Source of the DNA: Ophelia neglecta
Lineage: Eukaryota
NCBI GenBank assembly: GCA_965285935.1
Contig: OZ260661.1
Coordinates: 33,728,001-33,792,000 of the forward strand
Direction: 5' to 3'
DNA: 64,000 nucleotides
Below, one piece after another: positions 52,086 to 64,000 of this stretch. Position 1 is the stretch's first letter; each line of letters opens with the position of its first letter. Both the position numbers and the translations under genes were made by a program. The notes under the pieces were generated by a model. The model was given only the letters and a program-made list of their open reading frames with translations, made no database searches and was not told the origin of the DNA.

Positions 52086-55000
52086 CCACAAAGTTCAATT
52101 TAAAATATGTACAATTAAATTAAATGATGAATCAACAGAACATCATAATTTCTGGATATTCTATTATTTGTGTGATATACACTAAAAGAGTCAACAATAA
52201 AATAGCCTGCTATTATTACAAAAATTCCTTAGCTTTGCTTGGTCAAAATAGGTGCATTCTCACTGAGTAAAGTTGCCTTGAAAATTAACTTATTGTCTTT
52301 GACAATAAACTCATTGTCGTTATAAAATTACCGGGAGTATTTTCTTTCATTAAAGGTCTGCAGAGGCGTGGGTGTGTGAAAGGGAAGGGGGTGAGTGTCG
52401 CGCTTTTGAGCCTTAATTGCATAGTTCGAGTTTAAGGAGTTAATATTAATGGTTATATGTAATGTTTCAAACACAGCGAACATGATATAACTTATATGTA
52501 TACAATATATGTTGCTCTGTATGTTTCTGTTATATTGCTGTGTCGTAGAATACTGTTGATTTTGCAACATACATAAGTCGACGGAAATAGATTGTTTTTG
52601 AAATTTACGCCTCCGAAGTACTATTCTTGAGTGGCTCCTTTATTCATAGTATCTATGGTCCGGCCATTAATGCGTGTGTCGTGGGGGGGGGGGGGGTATT
52701 TGTGACCCCCTGAGTCGGCCTTTGGTATCATCGTTATCCAGGAATCTAGGCCTTAATATTTTAGAATTCGACATTTGATCGTACTTTGGGATTAAGGATT
52801 TGTATTTGCACTGACTTGATTTTGTTCTGTTTAATATACCATGATTGAGGATTCGCTATTTTACTTGATCGGAAGCAGTTAATGCCTGTGATTTCGGATG
52901 TATCGATTTTAATTTATATTCTGGGAACGGGGAACCCCCCACCCCCACCCCGCGCCCTCGGCCCAACCCTGTCCTCACCTCCCCTACATTTGCAGCGACC
53001 CGGGTCGTCTAACCCTAGCAGCAGGCGTAGGCTTTGAACTTCTCTCTCATGTTCCTCTGCTGGCTACCAGCTACGACAAGAGTTATGGGCAAAGCAAGAG
53101 TATCTATATTTCGTAAAATAGTGACAAGAGTAGCAAGATAGATCCCCTTTTCACAATTCTTCCAATTTTAGTGAAAAATTCGTGTTCTGACGATGAATTA
53201 GTCATATCTGATGTTGCAGATTATCTGAGTTTTGGCTTATACACATAGTTCACAGCCAGGAATAAGCACTGTCCGCAGACGTATAAGAAGCCTTTTTTCA
53301 AATGACAGACAATGTACCAGTACGCCACGAAATGACAGCGATGCGGGCGTGTGAGCGACGTGAGTGAATTGCTTCCTGTCCATTAATACTGGTACATATG
53401 GCAAATATGGCGACTTTAATTATGTTTCACCTTGTCCATTTCTAAGAATTGCTTTTCAGTTTATGAAAGCCACAACCAATTGATCCACTGTCACAATCAG
53501 AATTGATACATTGGGGTTGCCCGACAAATGTGTCGATACTTTCTAGGCCGACTATATATGTCTGGGAGACATTGAGCATTTTTATTAAAGAATCAACAAT
53601 ATATTTGATTAGTAAATGCATAGTAAGATTGACACAGTAAACTTGAATATTAAACTTTCAATTGATCGATTGATTTAATTTCAGTCAGAAATATGAAAAT
53701 ACTTACAAATTCCCAAAACTAGAAATACCTAAGACTGTGTTCGTAAATTGCAGGCTTAACATATACGCTAAAGAATTAAAGGTATAGTATATAGAAGCTT
53801 TGTCGTAACACTTCATATCTGCGCAAGCGAGCGGATTTTTAGTTCTGTATTTTCCTCTATTTTAGGCGTCGGTGTAACAGATATAATGACTATGAATAAG
53901 TTGCTTTCGCATAGTGTAAAACGCGCTCACCCTTATGTTATCTATACAATTTAGCGAGAATTTCAAAGTAGATTTACCCTTTCTCGTCTAACAAGAAATA
54001 TTTAACCCAAACTACGAATTGGATATGTAGTTTTGCAAATTATATCAAAGTGTTTGAAACAAAACATGGGTTATGTTAAAGCGTTATGAGGATAACAATT
54101 CGTCTGTTCTTGGTTTTTCTTTTACTTCAAAAGCTTATTCATTCACCCTAAAATTGACCTTGCTTCAATATAGCAAAGGAATAATACATCTCCTTTTTTT
54201 ACCATCACAATTTAAGGGCTGCAGCGAGTCCTAACCACCCCCACAACCACACACCCCCACACCCACCTCCATCCCCTCCACCTGCTCTTTGGCTATCATA
54301 GAATGTTGTTTCGGTACTTTCCGTATCATAATAACATATAATTGATCAGTGAACGTTGCCACTTTTCTAGGCAAACTATTGACGGAAATATGTTGATAGT
54401 TTTGGTAAATGCTTGTTGCCTTAGACAAATCCGTTAGATGCATGAATGATCCATACCTGACAACACAACTGGTAGTGTTTACCAACACGTTTTTACTACA
54501 CTTCTGTTCAAAGCCGGCGCCAAACCCAGACGTTTGTGTCTACAATTTCGATCTTAAAATAATTAATTCCTTGTTAACAAGCTCTGTTTTATGATAAAAC
54601 AGCTATCATTTTTTCAAAATCTGACACTCATGCGGAATCTGGGACACACTTGAGCATACACACGCCTTCCAAATCGGATACTGTCAATAATTTATGCTAA
54701 ACAACTATGCAAGTAACATGCATTGCGTCGCTAAAAATGACATCTGCTCAAAGCGTTGACGTCAAACCCGTCTCTAGAAAACTCGTGTGAGATGCTAATT
54801 ATCCCCCAAAATAGGTATTTGGTATGTGTTTTTGGCTCTTTGATGTGAACTTGAAATTTGTATGCGTCATTCGCTTACCCGACCAGGCGCCACTGTGCGT
54901 CTGGGTTCAGTAATTTGTATATGTCCACTGTCCAAAAACGGCCCAGCGTAGCGCTATTTAAGGTTTTCCGTAGGACGTCGTAAATTCAACGAATATAGAA

Positions 55001-55349
55001 TGAAAGAGTCGGGATCAATATGTCACCTACGCATACCCCTAGATACATGTATATTCCAATATTACAAATTTACTAAAAATATCGACTCATATGGATGTTA
55101 TAAAATGTAATAAAATCAAACTCTCAAAACGTATAACCTTTATAATTTAATTTCATAATGACACCAGGGAAAAAAGTCTACACTATGCATTCGATAGAAC
55201 CAGTTGAACACAGGTAATGCCAGAAATTTAACTATATAATCCAAAGCCTTTTTTTCCTGTGCATTTTTATATTCTCCTGTTATATGTTGGTTCTTGTTGA
55301 TCGGAATACATCAACGAAAACTGTGGATCACATCCCACTGCCATGATAT

Positions 55350-55930
55350 CGGATTAATCCATCTATTTAGTAGAATTATTTTTGCATAACTCTATTTACA
55401 GTTATGGAACTGGAGATATACATTTTTACATTATGTAACTGACGTTACCTGCAGAATCGAGACAGTCTTGAAGAAATGTTTTTCTGATTAATCATTTTGT
55501 AATGTCTGTCCGGTATCATATTTCGTATTCTTACAAACGCTGCAATGCATTTTCATATTTATATGACGCATGTGTCTTAAAATGTGCTGATGGAATGAAT
55601 GTACCCTTCTGAAATCTCAAAATACTACTGCAGACTTTAGGGTCATTTCACCCTATTTGTTCATCACTAGTTTGCTGATGGGTGAGAAGTTGCACTTAAC
55701 CAGGAATTCTCTTCCTCATTTAGACATAAATATAGATGACTTATTTTTCTTTCAATAATGAATACTTGACAGCCCAACGGTTGTACCTATATGAATTTGA
55801 TTTTATTTGAAGATACAAACAGTCTGTTAAGTTCACGCTTTTATGACAAAAAGGGACGATTTAGATTTTCCGATATATTCCATCCATGACAGCACCATTC
55901 CGTTATTCTGCTTTCGGTATTTTTGTTTTA
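55350..55930 (+). mobile_element. Penelope-like element RT relic (YDKRDDF type)
   Basis: ELFLHNSI; SFR..IDDL..FNN; SRFYDK(R)DDLDFPI..F.DSTIP..SAFGIFV (cf. FRYIDD...YDKRDDFNFPIVNFPFLSSNIP..PAYGVY). Confidence 0.7.
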
Positions 55931-56939
55931 AGAAGGAAATTTGCAGTAACGCCGAAAACGATAACATGTCAGTCGTCTGGTAATGATATTAATAGACATA
56001 AATGGTATACTATCTTTTTCATGAGAATATATTTAAGGAACACGACTGTAGCAGTAGGTAATAGCAGCCAATGCATATTTACAACGGTATAACGCTACTG
56101 CATTCCTTTTGAGATATCACTATTCATGCACTTTCGCCGTCATATATGCCCTAACTCTTTCATCGACCCTCAATTTGTCCCACACATTCTTATTTTACTC
56201 CATCTTTTCGTGGTTTTTTTCTCCAGTTTACACCCATCAATAACGGAAATTGTAAATGACAGACGAGATTCAATAGCCATATACACAGCTAAGATGATAA
56301 CACGGAGTGATTTATGACCTGGGATATTTTCCGTTTTGTTTGCTGACCTTAGGGAGAAAGATGTCCAAAATAGGCATACGAGATCAAGCAACTAATACAC
56401 AAATCCGCTTCTCCAAGGACACGTATTCTCTACCTAACAACTAGGACAACTTTTATCGAATCAGCTCATGTTTTATATAAGAGTAATCCCTTGTGGATAC
56501 ACATGTTGACGGCTAGATCCTTTGTGAGGAAAACGATGATATCGGTTATGAGATATTTTCAGTTATAGTTTGAGGTTATTTATCACTTATCATTATGACT
56601 ATTTGTTGTTTTTTTTCGTTAAAATTTGGAAAATTCAGAAGCGCATAAATAACACAATTTAAGCAATACAATTGTGTTTAATACATATAAATATTGCTGG
56701 TCGTTTTTCTTGCTCTTGGGTGCATTGCATTGTGTCAGATAGCCACCTTTCATAATACTATGATCAAAAGACCATGTGCCTTCTTTTCGATTTTCCGCCC
56801 CATTCTGTCACCAGGAATTTCCATCCCATGAATAATTGAATAGCGAACAAAGAAATAGATCATGCCAACATAACGCAGTATTGGTTGTACCAGCAGACAG
56901 AATATCGCTTAATGTGAAGACAAACTAATACATAGCTTG

Positions 56940-57730
56940 CGCTTATTAAACCAGCTGGTCTCAATATGCTTCTTTTTTTATACTTTATCAGACAGTAGGC
57001 CAATTACATGTGGTGTACGCCAAGGATTGGTATTGGGTCCCTTGAATTTCTTTTATACATCAATGAAATGATCGATGTGTCCTCTGCTTTATTTATGGCA
57101 TTGTTTGCTGACGACACTAAACAAATGTTTGTATTATTAGGGAGTGTGAAAAATGAGTGTATTCAACTAAATTCATTGGTGCCATTATAGATTCGAAGTA
57201 CAAATGGATTGATTACATTCAACTTGTTGAACTAAAGTGTTAAAAGGCATTGCCTTCTTGAATATATGACAGAATAGTCTTGCCTTATCATCCATCCTCA
57301 CATTATATTACTCTTTGGTATATCCATATCTGACCTATTGTATAGAGGCATGGGTCATCTGTTTCTGTATTAGCTTTGTTATTAAACTCCAGAAAAGAGC
57401 ATGTGACTCATATCATCTGCAGGGTATAATGCTCACACAACTGGCCTATTTGACCGACTTAAACCACTCCCTTTAGCAAAGATTTATATATATTGTGTCA
57501 CTGTGTTGTGTTTGAATGCTATGAAAGTATTTAGCCTCCGATTATTGATAACATATTTACTCTTAAGTCAGATGTCCAGCCATATCATGCAAGACAGATA
57601 TCCAATTTCAGGGTCCTTTTAGTAAATTGTCAGTTGTGACAAAACATTTCAATTTAGGGGGATTGATCTGGAATTGTGTTTCCAATTGTGGATTATGACT
57701 GATGTATTCTTACGTTTAAACGATGACGAG
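56940..57730 (+). mobile_element. 5'-truncated CR1/Crack-type LINE relic (RT core to ORF2 end)
   Basis: ITCGVRQGLVLGPL.FLLYINEMIDVSSALFMALFADDT; LQKRA..ISSAGYNAHTTGLFDRLKPLPL; G..IWN. Confidence 0.85.
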
Positions 57731-58479
57731 AAAACTATTTTTATTGCTCAGATCAATCTGTTTCGATTAACCTTCTATCATTTGTTTACTTAATTACCTG
57801 ACACTTTGCATTTTGCACTAGTCCAATGTATTATTTTGAAGCTTTTTATTCTGAGGCTATATACCCCACTAGAGGTTCAAACCTGTCAAATGAATTATGT
57901 ATTGTTAGCTTTGTATATCATTTTATTGTTGGTACCTACTTGTTTGTTTCATATATGTGTTTACCTTTGTGTCAATAACTAACTTGAATTAGTATCAAGT
58001 TGAATTTTTCTGAACTAGCACATATAAAGCACGTTACAAATTACCTGGAGTTTGCCAATCACCGAACAAAAATAAAACAAAATTAAGTCAAAGTTATTTA
58101 TTTCCGGAATATGATGCCCTAAGAAAAGACATTTAATTAGTATTATTATCTAGCATATTTGACAAATGAAGTAGAGGGTGCAACCCATGTTCTCTACGGC
58201 ATATAACTAAGAATAATTTAGCGCATAGTTATTTATGCCTCCATTCCAGGGAGGGAAGCTTAGCCATCTGCAGGCCTGCGTCATAATCATGATCTGTAAA
58301 CATTTTTCTTAATGCTGTCTATTTTACTACTTACATCATCTGACGGCACAGTGTTTAAGTGGCGCCATTACACCATAATAGCAGCGCGTGCACGAGAATA
58401 AGCCCGACCATGCTTCTTGGGATGATCATCAATAGATCAGCCTCATTTACCTTAAGAACTCTGCGATGCTTTGCCCAGA

Positions 58480-58990
58480 ATCTCGGGGACATTTGCTCGC
58501 CTGTTTAGTGCTCAAGATATATTGAGACCCAAAATTTAAAGACTTCAAATGTCCTTCCCACCCTTTTATAATTGGTTCTAACGGTATTTTATAGGCCTGC
58601 CAAATTCTAAATCTTCTGTTCTTTAGCTTTCTTTTTATAAATAAGGCATGGTATCATTGTTTCCATATATACCAATTCAAACTGTATTGCAGAAGGTCGA
58701 TCCTATACTTCAGGTTTCATTTGTATCAACTTAATAGTTTTATTTCATCACGTTTGACTCACAGATCCCCGTTAGTTCCATACCAAATAAACTAAAGCAA
58801 AAAGACTGATATGATAAAGCATAGGTCCCCATATGATTTCAACAGTGTAGATGCTTTACAAATACTTCTCCGAGTTTTTGAAAAAACTCTGTCACTAGTT
58901 CTACCAGAGTTGAAACAAGACGCTGTATTCAATCTGTCAAAGCCCACTCGGCGCAAATTGAACCAAGTTGGCCATCTGATCGACAAGGTT
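58480..58990 (-). mobile_element. Decayed L1/Tx1 RT N-terminal fragment
   Basis: TEFFQKLGEVFV, LIYKK...N(W)RPI...NYK (cf. EFYxxFWxxLG, LIYKK..KNWRPISLLNxDYK). Confidence 0.4.
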
Positions 58991-61900
58991 TTTTGATGAC
59001 CTGGTGGAAAAGTTTGTTCTTAATTTGGCGAGAGGGAAATCTAAAAATGCATTCTATAACTAGTAAAAGCATTCGGACAACCACAGTAATGAGTAAGGTT
59101 AATTCTATATCAAACCAAGTTCGGTCTGGTGTCTTTTAAATAATAATGAATGACGCACACGATTCTATCGTTAGACGGGCAAGTTCACTTGGTGAACATA
59201 AGCACGCTCTCAATTGTCTATAAAAGTCTCTGAGATCAGAAGTAAGGTGAATTTTCAATTCAATTGTCTGATTGCTAAAAATGTTGCTATGGCTGATGAA
59301 TATTAACTCTATCAATGGGTTGTTTCTCGCTGCCTTGCATTCATTCCTAGTCCATTATCTTAGTCCAAGAAATATCGATTTCTGTCAGTACCGAACCAAA
59401 GATCTTGATTAATCTACAGGTTTAAAGCGGTCCAATATTTTGTGACAACTGTCAATTATTCCCCTGTTAGAAACGTTGGTGTCCTGTGGTCTTGATCATA
59501 GCAAGAAACAAAAATAATTGTTTTATGGGGCAGTAGTGCCCATCCTTTGACATTTTCTAATTACAATGGTCAGCAAGAGTTTGAATGAAAATTTTGAATG
59601 AAAATCATATCCAATTTTAGCCAAAATGTCTTGTTGAGTGTAAACAAAAATTCTTTCAGTGTAGAATGTAGGTACCACGGTATTAGATGATTGGTAACCT
59701 TAGGGTCGTAAGTGGCAATCGATCTGTACCTTTTATTAAGCGTCGTATCTCTATTGTGATCTGATATTCAGCGTCGATAGTAACATATTAATCGTGCATC
59801 AGTATATTCCCATTGTAAATTCATAAATAAGTTTTTTTTCCCAGTTCCCCTTAATATTCATGCCTTTAATCGGGTCTCTTCCACCTTACTCTTTATCGTA
59901 TGTTTTAGGTTTATACTTTCAGTACACTTAATCAAATAATTGTGCGTTTCTAATATTTTGCGATGGTAGAATTTGAATTACGTCTTTCTCACGCGTTCTT
60001 CTCCCACATATTATGATAGGTGTATTACTGAGCGATATCTAGCAATTATTATATAGCTTAGTTCAAAAACCGTCACTTATTGCAACGCCTACCGTTACTG
60101 CGAAATCGGCCATAGTGGCACAGGCCATTCAGAGATATTGCGTGTTGCTATCATGCGACTATTATTCTCACCGCAAGGCCCGCTATATAAAAAAGACACA
60201 GAACTCAACAAGTTGCTTGTACCATTTACAGCAAGGGTATTAAACATTGGGGTTGTATTAACTGGTCTTTTTGCCATTTTATGTGACTGAAACAAATAGT
60301 TCGCCTAAGATTAATACGCAAAAGACCATATTTAATGTGTAATTGGTATACTCAGTTCAATGATGTATACAGCTGACGGTTACTGATGATTTCGTACCAG
60401 TGTAATGGAACACAATTGGCCAATAATGTTGGTCTCTCTGACTGGTATAGCACTCTTGTGTGATATCACCAACATTTTGCCAGTGGAGAACTCATGTATA
60501 TTACTTGATGCACATCCTAATATACAAGTAGGTCTACTATCAAGACTCACAGTGCTCGCCATTCTCGAACTGTGCTGACCTATTTATCGTGTTTACAATA
60601 AACTAGAACTAACAGATAATATGTGCAAAGCACACCTGCAGAGCAGTGCGGGCGTAAAACACACATTATACCATCTGTAGGCGATTCAATCAGATTGAGT
60701 ATCAAGACCATATCCTGATCAACACATATCACAACACGACCTCAATGTCCTCTCAAAATACCTTGTGGTCTGAAACAATATTATTTGACGTGACCCGATC
60801 CGCCGCATTCCAGATCCCGGTCTGGCCACTGGATCCGAAGAATGCCTGGCGAACAGCCCTTCACCAAATGGTCTAATCTGTCTGATGTGGATTTGCCCTA
60901 TCATCACTAGATATAAATTGTCCTAACGAATGGTTATTGTGATAAGGTTATAATATTGTCTTCGTTTTCTACGTGTTCGATTTATTCCAGTCAAAGATTC
61001 ATTAAGCTACACGAAATTGAAAGAGCAGACCCGTTGCTTAACCCTTGCGAACTCTGTAGATGAGTCCAAGTGTGTAAGTAAACACATTGCTGTTTGCTAT
61101 TGGAGCGACTGTTTGATATCTCAACTATTTCATCGAACTAAAGGAGCTGCATAACGTTGGCTATCCCGATAAATCAAGTTTAATCTATCTTAAATTGTGA
61201 AAGTGAAATGGTCAATTAACAGTAAGCAAACAAACGACCCTTCTCTTTCGAAAAATGTAGCAAAATACAACGCAAAACAACGTTTTGTATTTAATCAATC
61301 AAAAAATTAAGACACTGTTATGTTGTCTATTTACTTCCATGCGTTAAAGGTGAACACCTTTGGATTTGTTTCTGATTTGCGACTAATATTTGCTTATTGA
61401 CTGGATAATTGAATCTTTATCACAACAAAACACTGCCAACAGAGAACCTACAATAATTCATTTCACGCGCACGTTTTAATAGCCACATCGAAAATAGTGG
61501 CAAACAAGGAAAGAATCCGACAAAAACTTCATTATGCATTATTTAGCTGCTAGGCTTGTCCTATATCATGTTTTCTTGGAGTGATTTAATGGAAACATAA
61601 ACGTTGATTGCAATTGATTAAAGCTAGCCAGCTCCTGATGTAAAACTTTCATCTGGCAATTAAGGGGATTTAGTTGGTGATTTCATAGTATGTTAGAAAA
61701 ATTAGACAAGCGCTGTTTGTATAATACCAAAGTTTATTTACGTGTATTGTCATAGCATTGATTTAATATTCTATAAAAATCATAGGCGCTGCTCCGCTGA
61801 CTGGTTTTCGTATATTGCAATTCTTATGCTAAACCAGAATCGATAAATTTAAATGGGGCCTTACAGTTTTTCTTTTTCAATAATCTGACCTTCCTTTTGC

Positions 61901-64000
61901 GCATTCAGACTAAAGTATTAGGAGAAATGTTTAAAAGAGCACACAGCATATTCTGTATAGGTTTCATATGTAAGGCCACTGCGCATCATAAAACATAAAT
62001 AAACAAGTTCCTTGTTTTTTCTGCTACAAAAACAGTACCCATCTGTATCTTCTAATTATGAGGAGATTTCTTACGATAATCCAACTACGAAGCATTCCAA
62101 TTGACGAAAAAAAAGTATTGACACATTTTTTGGTCACACGATTATTGAGCTGTTTACTGAAAAAGTGTTTACAGCTAAATTTTAACGGAGCCAGAGACCG
62201 CCTAGTTCTGTTCTGACGCACATGCAAAGCAGGGTTCCATCACTCATCACTTCATATCATACCCAACAACAAGGCCATACAGGAAACGGTTCAACAGCCT
62301 TAAGGCTGTCGTCGGAAAAACATATATTTTCATAGTAACGACAGAATAATTGATAGTTGCTTTGATATTCCCTATAGACGTTGCTTATTGATATTACGCG
62401 GCCCTCTCCTAAAACAGATTCTTTCTCCTTTATGTTTCCTTCAATCGGTGAGTCTGGTTGTTTTATCCTGCTTCGGCAAAACGACTGTGAGTTGAACGAA
62501 GCAGTAAAAGCACCAGCGTGTTGACTGGTATAAATACCACAATATACCTTTACAGTTTAACGAATTGCTTGTAAACTGATAGTTGCTTCTCATATCTAAT
62601 GAAGAGTCATTGCGGTATGAATATGCCCAGGTAAAAGGTAACAGCCAGAGTTAGTTCTTTTTCAACTTTTTTACAAATACAAACTTTTGCTGCCCCAAAG
62701 GGAATATAAAAATGATTGCAGTTATCTCGCTTTCCCACGACACTAGCCCCAATGGACGATTTGTATCATTGAGCCGTACTGTTATAACCTAAACACAACC
62801 AGGCACTCAGGAAAACTAGGCCACATTGTGTAAGCCACAGGAAGGGACCGAAATTGACTTCGGTAATGAAGCCGGAAGAAAATATCCTATCAAAGGCAGG
62901 CTGGGCAAATGCAATCCAAACGGCGATTTCGATATCCTTGCTGCCTCTGATGAACTGGATCAACAAAAATACACTGGCTTTGATTGTTTCATAACAGCCT
63001 CCAGTCACGACAAATAGTTTTCACTCGCTAAAATAATCTAGTTAATTAGGATGGCTCCACCTAGTTGCCACAAACATTATTCAGAAAAGTTTCACTCGGA
63101 CGATAAGAGAACAAGCACGATCTATACTGCCGCATCAGTTCGGAACAATTCAATGACTATGTATTTTTATTAGCATCAAACCTGTGCGTTAGCTGCGTAT
63201 GATTTTTGCATGTATACTGAATGATAGAGTTTTAATCGAGTATACCAGTCATACGACACTGATGGTAACTGGACAGAATTTTGTAAATTCCTAAAAACAA
63301 ACGCATGTCTAAGCCAAGGTTTGTCAATAAATTTAATAGAATTTGCGACTATATCCCTGTTTTGTTGAGGTTTTGGGAGTTCCATGGTTTTAAGGTCCCC
63401 CCACCTTAATTACCTCTGATTGACGCAAATTGTGCAAAACTCTTGTTCGAGGGTAATTCATTATTAAACATCTATTCAATTTCATCTGTTATATTCTAGA
63501 TCATATGTAACTGCACAGATAGTATATACAGCATGTCTTTCGGAATGAGTTGAGCATGACCCTCAGAAGTTAACTTCGAACGCTGCTTACATAACAAACA
63601 CATTGCCTGTATGATTTATCATCCACTTCCACATTGAAGTCAAACTAGTGTATATAGCAAGGTGCCTACGTCACTACGCCACGTGCATATAAGATTTAAG
63701 TTTGGATTGTATGTTCTAAATTTTTGCTGTATCTTTTAATATATACTTATCCCACTAAAAGTGCGCAATGAAGTTAAGGCTTTGAAAATTATTGCTAATA
63801 AACCACCATTTTCAACATGTTTTATACCGTTTACACTGACCGCGCTTAACAAACGGAGGCCTATTGTACATAAGACACCTGTCACATAGTATCAAACATT
63901 GTCCTTTACTAAACGCAAAGCTTTTCAACAAAGCTATTACATATTTTAATACTGGGGCCGACTTATAGGTACACTGGTGCAGACAGTTTATCGCAGGCAC

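Noticed and set aside
60380-60562. Possible THAP domain (TCILGCASSN...LCS)
   Set aside because: Key W, P and H residues are missing; similarity is too weak.
63052-63070. Second CTCF-like motif
   Set aside because: Mismatches fall at two strongly conserved C positions.
63176-63385. Possible Penelope-like N-terminal fragment
   Set aside because: Only a vague match (IKFIDK...PSVSY) with no neighbouring RT motifs.
1-64000. Novel multi-gene system, tRNA/rRNA genes or prokaryotic defence locus
   Set aside because: The sequence is spliced eukaryotic DNA with one host exon. No operon-like ORF density, structured RNA genes or arrays were recognised.

Overview
AT-rich eukaryotic genomic DNA (roughly 35% GC by eye), most likely from an invertebrate metazoan. 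No prokaryotic features were found. The only host coding sequence I can support is the terminal exon (17348-18213, +) of an alpha1-adrenergic-like class A GPCR, encoding ECL3, TM7, helix 8 and a long C-tail. Positions 1-17347 appear to be the 3' part of a >17 kb intron, and the ~46 kb downstream has no recognisable protein-coding gene. Both regions hold decayed transposon relics: L1/Tx1, CR1/L2-type and Penelope-like retroelements, a hAT-like transposase, and possible Deu/Nin-domain SINEs. The most striking structures are a near-perfect palindrome with 134-bp arms and a fold-back signature (44508-44800), and a Tx1/L1 copy split by a local inversion that also flips a CTCF-like motif (31903-33722). 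I see no convincing new multi-gene system. Most ORFs in the supplied track are chance ORFs or TE fragments. All family assignments come from motif recognition by eye and need HMM/BLAST confirmation.
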